A DNA stretch of 32,000 bases, taken from contig NZ_CP019633.1 of the NCBI RefSeq assembly GCF_001997385.1, positions 2,580,001 through 2,612,000 on the forward strand. Reading direction: 5' to 3'. The translations under genes and the position numbers were made by a program. The notes below the pieces were generated by a model, which had not been told where the DNA came from, did not search any database, and was given only the letters and a program-made list of their open reading frames with translations. This DNA comes from Sedimentisphaera cyanobacteriorum. Its GTDB lineage: Bacteria; Planctomycetota; Phycisphaerae; Sedimentisphaerales; Sedimentisphaeraceae. Positions 9,701 to 17,018 of this stretch are shown in pieces (within the stretch, counting starts at the first letter, position 1; the number at the start of each line of letters is the position of its first letter).

Positions 9701-10355
9701 CGAGACCTTCAAGGAAAATGAGCTTACTAAAATCAAGGCGGCAGCAGCTATCGAAACATCTCTGCCGAGGGTAACCCAGATCAATCCTTCAATAGGAAGC
9801 GAATCGCAAACGAAGGCTTTAGTGGCGATTGTGCTTTCGCTGATTGCTATTATCGCCTATATATGGATACGATTCGGGAATCTCTCGTTCGGTCTTGCGG
9901 CGATCGCAGCCCTCGTTCACGATGTCTGCATTACGCTTGGAATCCTCGCTGGATGCGTGTTTGTTGCAAACACAGCAGTTGGCGAGATGCTCGGGATACG
10001 TGATTTCAAGATTAATCTTGAGATAATAGCGGCCTTCCTCACGATTATCGGTTATTCGCTTAATGATACGATTGTTGTGTTCGACCGAATCAGAGAAAAC
10101 CGCGGCTCAAATCTGAATGTATGGAAAGAGCTGCTGAACAGAAGTATTAACCAAACGCTTTCAAGAACGATCCTTACATCCGTTACAACGTTCGTAGTTG
10201 TGCTGATTATGTACATCTGGGGCGGTGCAGGACTGAGAGGATTTACCTTTGCGATGCTGCTTGGCGTGCTTGCCGGTACGTATTCCTCAATAGCAATCGC
10301 ATCTCCTGTATTGCTTATAGGGGCAGGAAGCAAAAAGACAAAATCCAAGAAGTGA
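6726..10355 (+). CDS. secDF: Fused protein-export membrane protein SecDF with enlarged periplasmic domains
   Basis: 1209 aa. SecD motifs: GLDLAGGASLIY, GVLEFRIIP, LGVLLDGKLLSSATIQAAI, NAGSLPARI, GMAVDANVLIFERIREE. SecF motifs: YDIEFTGGTSVQV, GYSLNDTIVVFDRIREN. It has twelve TM-like segments. Confidence 0.9.
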   Translation: MEKKQHWKGVLILVLVVFAGLSLWPPQSKLKPGLDLAGGASLIYSIDTEGMSDSETDGLAAKVIPVIKKRLDPDGLSNIVIRPQGDTRFEIQLPLASEETQKLREKYQKAYDALADTNINLAVVINSLSLPEKDRQEKFKEFAKSESHRDLLSTLASIYDKRERLRDKRDSAKEAMENAKSSMEDLGMRTTGLQYQYENWSEKEGEQLTEALNSYVEKTAKEGEEPENAQKKVSLLKDYIQSRNEYVQVVDELAGEVADKYKDALNDISKLNISLEAFTEMLGSAGRQEYLAETKNKFPDRIEEIENFVSAYDAYAGVRGRLDDPEDVKRMLKGAGVLEFRIIPRAASGDISSEEAQNYIQQLKTKGPKLASDSDYVWCEVDDPHGKGFPGSVTGEFAGKKYVLASNKDGEVLLNNQDGKDWKLAKARRETDQAGRRAIGFQMNEIGANMFYELTDSNLNRQLGVLLDGKLLSSATIQAAIGKRGIITGNFSQVEQADMVNKLNAGSLPARISPAPISEKTIGATIGEDNRDQGITAGIIGLVVVMIFMLIYYTLSGSIADIALLLNMLFILGVMAFSGATFTLPGIAGLILTIGMAVDANVLIFERIREEQESGATLKTAIKSGYGKAFWTIFDANLTTFITAFILYRVASEEIKGFAIVLMIGIVSSMFTALFFSRTVFQWLIGAGLVKDKLVMLKMIRRPNVQWMNMRFGFFAVSGVVVATGLFIFFARGSDKYDIEFTGGTSVQVNFKENVSYERDEVEKKIKEAGLESAEVYSVGDNNQSYEINTTETNKSRVDVNFEGQAPSKEKALQLLNTNSSDYVKHIEVSKSGSTLEVSTSQLAKSEMRDLLSQAFSNYEYNLGELKVDEVVNNAIIEAFGEELERRMALGLEAEEPVVIDDKVADKKPVLLNYIGGVYINCTIDNPAEAGQIEARLNDLRFKPDMRDLTWFKFHILSENGEKLDENQKVSEFKYVALHPDAGSRELSEDEIETFKENELTKIKAAAAIETSLPRVTQINPSIGSESQTKALVAIVLSLIAIIAYIWIRFGNLSFGLAAIAALVHDVCITLGILAGCVFVANTAVGEMLGIRDFKINLEIIAAFLTIIGYSLNDTIVVFDRIRENRGSNLNVWKELLNRSINQTLSRTILTSVTTFVVVLIMYIWGGAGLRGFTFAMLLGVLAGTYSSIAIASPVLLIGAGSKKTKSKK

Positions 10356-10363
10356 GCTGAGAA

Positions 10364-10828
10364 ATGCGAAAAGACTATAAATTCGGTTTAATAGTCGGAT
10401 CGCTTATATCGGCAGTTATACTTTCTTGTTACATAAAAGTAAGAACAGCTGACCCGGAGACGGAGATTTCGTCTTCGGGTCTTTCTGTTTTTGAAGATAA
10501 TCAGCAGAAAAACGGGGCTGTGCAATCTCATACTCCAGATTCATTCAGGGCTATCCTTGAAAGCAGCGAAGATGGGCAAAGCGATTCTTTCTCTGCCGGC
10601 CAGATAACCGAGGCAAATGGGAACAATAACCTCATCGGGCAAAATCCCGAGAGCCCTGCTGTTTATCATATTGTAAAAAAAGGCGAAACGCTTTCCTCAA
10701 TTTCAAAGAAATATTTCGGCAAGTCTTCTAAGTGGAACGAGATACTTAGAGCCAATCGGGATAAAATAAATTCCGCAGCCGAGCTTAAGCCCGGGATGAA
10801 TTTGAGAATTCCTGAAAATAGCGAATAA
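10364..10828 (+). CDS. Membrane-anchored LysM domain protein
   Basis: N-terminal hydrophobic helix and a C-terminal LysM domain (YHIVKKGETLSSISKKYFG...WNEILRANRDKI...LKPGMNLRIP). Confidence 0.75.
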   Translation: MRKDYKFGLIVGSLISAVILSCYIKVRTADPETEISSSGLSVFEDNQQKNGAVQSHTPDSFRAILESSEDGQSDSFSAGQITEANGNNNLIGQNPESPAVYHIVKKGETLSSISKKYFGKSSKWNEILRANRDKINSAAELKPGMNLRIPENSE

Positions 10829-10909
10829 TTTTTATGCTCTTTGCAGGGGATATTTGCCGCAAGTTTAATTTTTTAATATAATCGGCATAACGGAAGTGCC
10901 GGGAAGCTT

Positions 10910-12157
10910 ATGGAAAAGCAAAAGGATTATTCAGATGCAATCGCAATGACCGCCTTTACCCTGATGGGGATTGGTGTTGTGATGGTATATTCCTCAAAAG
11001 CAGGCTGGGATTCTCAGTTCACCTCCTACCGCCTGCTCTTATATGCTTTTGCGGTTTTGATTGTTTTTCTCTTCAGTATTGTTCCCTATCAGTGGTTTTC
11101 GATACCCGAAAGGGGCGAGATAAAGGGCAGAATACAAGAGGCCGATGAGCTGGGCAGTTCAAAGTTCTTGGCATTTGTTCGGGGTGTTTTAAGATGCGCC
11201 GCTTTGCCCTTATTTATGCTTGCCACTTTATCCCTTCTGATTTTGATTTTTGCCGGCTTCGGGAAAAGCGTAAACAATTCAATGAGATGGATCGTGCTTG
11301 GACCGATAAAATTTCAGCCCTCCGAGATGGCTAAATACTGCGTTATATTTTTTCTATGCTGGTTTGCTGTAAAGCATAACCATGTTTTGCAGAGATGCAG
11401 CATCATAAAGCCCAAAAACAGCTTAGATTCGCCTTATAACGGCCCGAGGGGCTTAAAATTCTTTGCCCTGCTTTTTATGGCATTCATTGTTCCGGCCGTT
11501 TACATACTCCTTGTGATAGTAAATGATTTCGGCACAGGGGCTTTTATGTGTCTTATTGCGGCTCTGATTCTCTTTATCGGAGGGCTTCCGCTCTGGATGC
11601 TTGCAGGGGGGGTGACAGCGGGGATACCTCTGCTTTCCGTTTTCGTTTGGCTCAGGCCTTACCGCGTAAAAAGGATTCTCGCTTTCCTCAATGACAACGG
11701 GCAGTACAAGGATATTAACTATCAGCAGAACCAGTCTTTAGCTGCGATATACAACGGCGGCATATTCGGGGAGGGGCTCGGGAGAGGAATATGCAAGAGG
11801 GGGGCTGTGCCTGAAGCAGAAACCGATTTTATTTTCAGCGTAATAGGCGAGGAGCTCGGCCTTCTGGGGGCTCTGCTGGTGATAGCTCTTTTTGTAACTC
11901 TGCTTATTCTCGGATTGAAAACAGCGAAGCAGTGCAGAGAGCCTTTTGGAAAACTCCTTGCCTTCACTATCTCCGCTGCTTTTGCCATACAGGCGTTTAT
12001 GAATATTCTTGTAGTATTGAAGCTTCTCCCGAACAAGGGGATTCCTCTGCCGTTTATCAGTGCGGGCGGAACGAGCCTTTTTATAAGCTGTATGGGTATA
12101 GGAATACTGATGAATATTGCGCGTCAGTCTTCCAAAAGCCTTGAAGAGAATTATTGA
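10910..12157 (+). CDS. ftsW: SEDS-family peptidoglycan glycosyltransferase (FtsW/RodA)
   Basis: Polytopic, with PSEMAKY, ETDFIFSVIGEELGLLGA and GIPLPFISAGGTSLF. It lies immediately upstream of murG, as in dcw clusters. Confidence 0.8.
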   Translation: MEKQKDYSDAIAMTAFTLMGIGVVMVYSSKAGWDSQFTSYRLLLYAFAVLIVFLFSIVPYQWFSIPERGEIKGRIQEADELGSSKFLAFVRGVLRCAALPLFMLATLSLLILIFAGFGKSVNNSMRWIVLGPIKFQPSEMAKYCVIFFLCWFAVKHNHVLQRCSIIKPKNSLDSPYNGPRGLKFFALLFMAFIVPAVYILLVIVNDFGTGAFMCLIAALILFIGGLPLWMLAGGVTAGIPLLSVFVWLRPYRVKRILAFLNDNGQYKDINYQQNQSLAAIYNGGIFGEGLGRGICKRGAVPEAETDFIFSVIGEELGLLGALLVIALFVTLLILGLKTAKQCREPFGKLLAFTISAAFAIQAFMNILVVLKLLPNKGIPLPFISAGGTSLFISCMGIGILMNIARQSSKSLEENY

Positions 12158-12179
12158 TGCATTTGTATTTGAGGCTTGA

Positions 12180-13271
12180 ATGAGTAAGCGAATTTTCTTT
12201 GCTGGGGGCGGAACAGGAGGCCATATATACCCTTCTCTCGCCGTTGCCGAGGCGATGGAGAAAAACAGTGATATCGACATATCATTCTTCTGCAGCGAAA
12301 GGGCGGTTGACAGTGAGATTTTGGGCAGTCAGCCTTACAGCTTCTATAAGCTCCCCGCCAAACAATTTGGCCTTAACGCCCCCTTTGCTGCCGGCTTCCT
12401 TAAGAGCATTTCGAAAGCGGTCAGTATATTAAAGAAGGCAAAGCCCTGCGTGGTTGCAGGGTGCGGGGGGTTTGTATCAGCCCCTGTCCTCGCTGCGGCA
12501 AAGCTTTTGGCAATCCCGTCGGTGTTTATAAATATCGATATAATCCCGGGCAGGGCAAACAGGCTTTTTATAAATATGTGCAGAGAGGTTTATCTGCAGT
12601 TTGAAGATACGCTCGAATATTTTGATAAGGGCAGGGTTGCTCCGTTTGTAACGGGCTGTCCGCTGAGAAGCGAGTTTGCCGAATCTGCAGAGCTCGAGAA
12701 GCCGGCATTCCTTTCGCCGGACAAAAAGCTTTTGCTCATTAGCGGGGCATCCAGCGGCGCACTGAGCATCAACAAGGCGATGTGCCTTTTAGCTGAGCAA
12801 TTCGATCGATACGCCAGAAGCTGGCAGATTACCGTTATTGCAGGAAGAGGCAAGGCAGACCAGCTTCGCAAAGTTTATGAGGAAAGGGAAATTGAGGCTC
12901 ATATTCTTGAATACACCGACCAGATGCCCGCTCTTCTGGCAAATGCTTCTCTTGCAGCGGGACGGAGCGGGGCATTGAGCGTGGCGGAATATGCCTTTTT
13001 GGGCGTGCCTGTGGTATGCATTCCATACCCCTACCACAAAGACCAGCACCAGCTCCTTAATGCCCGAAAGCTTCAGGATAAAGGTGCGGCTTTGATAGCT
13101 GAAGACTGCCGTGAGGATTATCAAAGCACAGCGGATAATCTGAGTAAAGCATTATTCCCGCTTATGGAAGATCAGAACAGATTAGAGGAAATGAAAAACC
13201 GCGCTTTGAATAACTGCCAAAGCAGGCAAAACCCGGCAGAGCTTATAGCAGAAAGAATAATCTCGCTCTAA
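12180..13271 (+). CDS. murG: UDP-GlcNAc:lipid I N-acetylglucosaminyltransferase MurG
   Basis: FFAGGGTGGHIYPSLAVAEA, GGFVSAPVLAAAKLL, RSGALSVAEYAFLGVPVVCIPYP... and HQLLNARKL. Confidence 0.9.
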   Translation: MSKRIFFAGGGTGGHIYPSLAVAEAMEKNSDIDISFFCSERAVDSEILGSQPYSFYKLPAKQFGLNAPFAAGFLKSISKAVSILKKAKPCVVAGCGGFVSAPVLAAAKLLAIPSVFINIDIIPGRANRLFINMCREVYLQFEDTLEYFDKGRVAPFVTGCPLRSEFAESAELEKPAFLSPDKKLLLISGASSGALSINKAMCLLAEQFDRYARSWQITVIAGRGKADQLRKVYEEREIEAHILEYTDQMPALLANASLAAGRSGALSVAEYAFLGVPVVCIPYPYHKDQHQLLNARKLQDKGAALIAEDCREDYQSTADNLSKALFPLMEDQNRLEEMKNRALNNCQSRQNPAELIAERIISL

Positions 13272-13415
13272 ACCTCTTCCCTTTCAGCAGAGCATATCTG
13301 TTCAAGCTTGTTTATGAGTTTTTCAATTTGAACAGCATCGAAAGTTTCCACCACTGCCGTTTTCTGTTTTCTCCCGTTAAAAATGAGCAAAATCCAAGCT
13401 AATACAAGCTTTATA

Positions 13416-14699
13416 TTACCTGCAAACGCCTACCTTCTTGAATCTCAGTATTTCTCCGTTTTGGTTTCTGCCTACCATACAGCTCTCAGAAGGTTCGATG
13501 AAAAGCGTTTCAGCTTCCGCCTCGGAGTTCTGCCCGGTGAGCTTGCCCGGGATATAAACCTTTATCCTGCTGCCTGAATGCTTCCACCAGGCCTTTGGAT
13601 GCGAGGCGATTTTTCCGTCTCTTACGAAATCGAAAATCCCTTTTTCTGAGTAATCGATGCTCAGTCTCCAGCTGCCGAAAAGGTCTCTGGAGGACGGATT
13701 AGTCTTCTCGGCGGTCATAGGGTTTGTTTTGCTCAGAGGCTCGCCTGCAACAGGCCATCCGCTGGAAGTCCAGTACAGCGGGCGCACCTGAATAATGCGT
13801 CTTCTGTGCAGGTTGAATGTGTCGTATGTATGGTGAACGAGCCAAGTTTTCCCTTTCGCTTCGATTACCGAATTGTGCCCGGGGCCGCGCCAGTTGTCGT
13901 TGTTTGAGAGCAGAAGAGCCCCGCCGCCGTCCAGCATTTTCTCGCCGTCGAGGCCGCGGTAAGGCCCGAGGGGTTTGCCCGCACGGCCTACCATAATCTT
14001 ATATATGCTTTCTGCCTGGTCGCAGCAGCTGTTGTAAGACACGAACAGATAATGGATGTTGTCCTTTCCGTAGTAGTAGGGGGCTTCGATGGCTGGCGGA
14101 TGGCTGTTCGGCCTTGCAGCTATCGGCTGGATATCGGGGTTTTGATTGAGGGGCTTGCCGGTTTCAGGGTTGATCTCAACGCTCTTGAGCCCGCTCCAGA
14201 ACGACCCCCAAAACATATATGCCTTGCCGTTCTCAAGCTGAAAAACGCAAGGGTCAATCGCGTTGAAGCTGCTTTTATCCGGAAAAGATTCTACAACCAT
14301 TCCGAGGTCTTCCCATTCGTAATCAGGCGAATCGGGATTCAGGGCTTTATTCCGTGCAACACCAATGGCAGACCGCTGGCTTCCGAACTTCGAAACGCTG
14401 TAGTATGCGTAATAATCCCCAGCCATCTTAACTATATCCGGAGCCCATATTGCATTAGGGTTGTTCATCGGCTTTTTCGCCCATTCCGGCACAGGAGCAT
14501 CAAAAACGGTATCAGCCTTCTGCCAGTCAACCATGTCTTTGGTCTTATACACCGGCAGGCCTCTTCCTGTCCCGAAAGCGTAGAACCAGCCGTCATCATC
14601 TTGAATTATCGCTGGGTCTGCAAGTGATATAATCTCTTTTGCAGAGCAGATTGAGCATAAAGCAGCAGCGAAAAATAGGATAGTAAGTTTGCGAAACAT
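13416..14699 (-). CDS. Secreted glycoside hydrolase family 43 (arabinanase/xylosidase-like) with extra C-terminal domain
   Basis: Signal peptide MFRKLTILFFAAALCSICSA. GH43 beta-propeller motifs: LADPAIIQDDDGWFYAFGTG, IWAPDIVKMAGDYYAYYSVS, AIDPCVF, IEAPYYY. Confidence 0.8.
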   Translation of the reverse strand: MFRKLTILFFAAALCSICSAKEIISLADPAIIQDDDGWFYAFGTGRGLPVYKTKDMVDWQKADTVFDAPVPEWAKKPMNNPNAIWAPDIVKMAGDYYAYYSVSKFGSQRSAIGVARNKALNPDSPDYEWEDLGMVVESFPDKSSFNAIDPCVFQLENGKAYMFWGSFWSGLKSVEINPETGKPLNQNPDIQPIAARPNSHPPAIEAPYYYGKDNIHYLFVSYNSCCDQAESIYKIMVGRAGKPLGPYRGLDGEKMLDGGGALLLSNNDNWRGPGHNSVIEAKGKTWLVHHTYDTFNLHRRRIIQVRPLYWTSSGWPVAGEPLSKTNPMTAEKTNPSSRDLFGSWRLSIDYSEKGIFDFVRDGKIASHPKAWWKHSGSRIKVYIPGKLTGQNSEAEAETLFIEPSESCMVGRNQNGEILRFKKVGVCR

Positions 14700-14895
14700 C
14701 GCTTCCCCTTTTGTTAATTAGTTCAAATTTACTGCACATAAATTTACTGAAAAAACGCAATTTTACCAGCAAATTTTCCCGCAAGAAAGATAAAGAGTGC
14801 GACAATTTTTTTGGCAAAATGCGAATCGTAATGCTGCGATGCTTTGCAGAATTTACTGCTGCCTATATGGCCGTGGAATCGCTTCGTGATACTAA

Positions 14896-14913
14896 CCCCG
14901 ATTTCTCACTTAG
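14896..14913. repeat. IS terminal inverted repeat (left)
   Basis: CCCCGATTTCTCACTTAG is the exact reverse complement of 16862-16879. Confidence 0.85.
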
Positions 14914-14939
14914 GGGGTAAAAAGTGCGTTTTTACCCCC
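14913..14939. other. Perfect 11-bp stem-loop just inside the left IS end
   Basis: GGGGGTAAAAA-GTGCG-TTTTTACCCCC. It lies 33 nt downstream of the transposase stop on the minus strand. It may terminate the transposase transcript or block read-through into the IS. Confidence 0.5.
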
Positions 14940-14971
14940 GTCAGAGGGGTTGGTCTGTCGCCAAAGATGTG

Positions 14972-16732
14972 TTATTTTTTCAGTTTCCCGCTGTATATTT
15001 TCGGAGGTTTTTGCGGCGGCAGTTCTATCTTCAATTTCTGCAGCAGCAGCTTGTGTTCGTCTTCCGGTTCGGTATATCTCTGCATAAGCAGAGTTCTGCT
15101 GTCTTGCGTTTCAAATGAAACATCCAGCATCTGGATCCGAGACATTGCTGCTAATGCCGCCTGAGCAGTCATCCCGCAGGCGCTTGCCCTGAGCTTATGC
15201 CTCAGTGTTACTTGCAAACAATAGCTCATAAACGCTACAAACACGTGAGCCTCAACCCTGTCTTGCTTATGGTGATAGACAGGACGAATTCCCAGATCGC
15301 TCTTGAGCTCCCTGAATGCCTGCTCAACGTTGCACTGAAGCATATATTCCTTCCACAGGGCTGCACCATCCTTGCCAGACTGGTTTGTACGCAAAAAGTA
15401 TGTGCCGTCGCGGTATATCATTTCTTTATATTTGCTCGCTTCAAACTTATAATCAAACTCGCCCTTCTCAATCCTTTCCTTATTTCGGGGAATCGTAAGA
15501 GTTACACACTTACGGCAGCTGCCCGCCTGATGTTTGAGTTTGCCGAGCCTTTGCATAAAAACATCTCGGCTGCGGCATTTCTTTAACTTCTCCAGTCCTT
15601 CTAAGTAATTACGGAGCTTTCTTTTACGCATAGCCCGTTCTTTAGCCATTCTCTCTTTGCTTCGAGCAAGAATATAGCATTCGTCATCTTTGGCTATATG
15701 CTTTATGCGAACGCTTCCATTTACATCAAACCAGCTTTTCACAGAAAGCTCTTCTTGGAATTCATCCAGCAGCTTACGGGGCGTTCCGACAAGATAATCA
15801 ATCCCGTTATCACGCATATACTCCAGCACAGCTTCTGTTGGAATACCTCTGTCCATCAGCCATAACCTGCCTGCCTTGCCGTATTTCGACTCTATCTTGT
15901 TTAACAAGGGTTTAAGCGTTGTTCTCTCTGAGGTGTTGCCGGCGAGTATCTCATAATTGATCGGAAATCCCTCAGGGGTAACTACCAAAGCGATAAGAAT
16001 CTGCCTGCAATCGCCTCTGCGGTCTTTGCTGTGGCCGAATTTTGCCTTGGGATTGCTTTTGCATAATCCCTCAAAATAAGTACTGGTTATATCGTAAAGC
16101 AGAATGTCATATTCCAGATTGAACATCATCTGCCATGTGTCTTTCAAATAAGAACAAAGCTCTTCTTTATACGGCAATATCCTGTCCAGACAACGGTAAA
16201 GCCGGTTTTTTTCGGCAACATCAAATTCACAGCCCAGCAATACATCCATTGCGGTCTGAGTGAACCAGTGCCGGTGGACATAAAACTCCGCTCCGGGCTT
16301 GATAAGACGGTTTACTGTCAGCAATTTTACAACTTTTGAATAGTCAACCGGCGATTTGGCAGTGTCTATCCTCTCCGACCAGAAGGTGTCTAATCCCAGC
16401 ATATCCCATATCTCGCAGCCGAGCCAGCAGTCCCCGAATGTTCTGGGGTTGTTAAGCTTCATCTTTGAGAGCTTTACCGGAATCGTATCTATGTCGTGAT
16501 GTGTGTGATTGTCCTGATCAAAAGCGAATAATGACTTGCGGACAGGCTTGTTGTCCTCGTTGATTATCTCAATGGATCTCTGCCAAGACTTCTTCTGAGA
16601 ATCAGAGATTTCACCAAGATACAGCACCATCTTCTCAACATAACGCCCGCGAGAAACCTTACGCTTCTCCGCTATGCTGTAATAGGAATTGATCTTACCA
16701 TTCTTCTTTCGCTTGTGCTTCTTCAAGTACAT
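14972..16732 (-). CDS. DDE transposase, IS1634/IS4 family
   Basis: 586 aa. N-terminus MYLKKHKRKKNGKINSYYSIAEKRKV...LYLGEISDSQ is typical of IS1634-type transposases. DDE candidates: LLYDITSTYFEG, WLMDRGIPTE, NVEQAFRELKSDLGIRPVYHH. Confidence 0.85.
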   Translation of the reverse strand: MYLKKHKRKKNGKINSYYSIAEKRKVSRGRYVEKMVLYLGEISDSQKKSWQRSIEIINEDNKPVRKSLFAFDQDNHTHHDIDTIPVKLSKMKLNNPRTFGDCWLGCEIWDMLGLDTFWSERIDTAKSPVDYSKVVKLLTVNRLIKPGAEFYVHRHWFTQTAMDVLLGCEFDVAEKNRLYRCLDRILPYKEELCSYLKDTWQMMFNLEYDILLYDITSTYFEGLCKSNPKAKFGHSKDRRGDCRQILIALVVTPEGFPINYEILAGNTSERTTLKPLLNKIESKYGKAGRLWLMDRGIPTEAVLEYMRDNGIDYLVGTPRKLLDEFQEELSVKSWFDVNGSVRIKHIAKDDECYILARSKERMAKERAMRKRKLRNYLEGLEKLKKCRSRDVFMQRLGKLKHQAGSCRKCVTLTIPRNKERIEKGEFDYKFEASKYKEMIYRDGTYFLRTNQSGKDGAALWKEYMLQCNVEQAFRELKSDLGIRPVYHHKQDRVEAHVFVAFMSYCLQVTLRHKLRASACGMTAQAALAAMSRIQMLDVSFETQDSRTLLMQRYTEPEDEHKLLLQKLKIELPPQKPPKIYSGKLKK

Positions 16733-16861
16733 AACAATATTATTGCTGATGAAAAATCACTTGCAATAGGGCAGGTCTGTACCAGAGACTAAAGAGACTT
16801 TAAAACGCCGATTACAACGCAGAATCAAAGAAAAAATTTTGATTTTTCACGATTTTGAACG

Positions 16862-16879
16862 CTAAGTGAGAAATCGGGG
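16862..16879. repeat. IS terminal inverted repeat (right)
   Basis: CTAAGTGAGAAATCGGGG is the exact reverse complement of 14896-14913. Confidence 0.85.
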
Positions 16880-16892
16880 CTAAGGGCAATCA

Positions 16893-16960
16893 GAGTCTGT
16901 CCGCCTGCGGCGGAGAGCAAGCGGATTGTTGATTTTGCGAGCCCGCAGCAAAATCATCAG
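16893..16960 (-). repeat. GC-rich palindromic (REP-like) element, inverted copy
   Basis: Contains the TCCGCC-TGC-GGCGGA hairpin (16900-16914), GCAAGCGG, and a second hairpin TGATTTTGC-N9-GCAAAATCA (16930-16956). Its reverse complement aligns with 23275-23360. Confidence 0.6.
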
Positions 16961-17018
16961 TGGAGATTAGCTGCTGGACAAGGTGGACGAGGAGGACTCG
17001 GTCAGGGGCGGAAATGTT

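Larger units (their letters stand above)
14896..16879 (-). mobile_element. Intact insertion sequence, IS4 superfamily (IS1634-like), about 1.98 kb
   Basis: A single DDE transposase ORF bounded by perfect 18-bp terminal inverted repeats, and flanked by the direct repeat CTAA at 14892-14895 and 16880-16883. Confidence 0.8.

Noticed and set aside
11738-12280. 180-aa minus-strand ORF spanning the ftsW/murG junction.
   Set aside because: It is antisense to two well-supported genes and crosses their intergenic gap. Its composition looks non-coding.
13268-13415. Small minus-strand ORF between murG and GH43, encoding ...IKLVLAWILLIFNGRKQKTAVVETFDAVQIEKLINKLEQICSAEREEV.
   Set aside because: It has no ATG, only weak TTG/GTG candidates without a properly spaced RBS, and is at most about 40 aa with no homology I can recognise. 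It cannot be supported from sequence alone.
14052-14627. 191-aa plus-strand ORF inside GH43.
   Set aside because: It is antisense to a gene with GH43 motifs and a signal peptide, and it has no motifs of its own.
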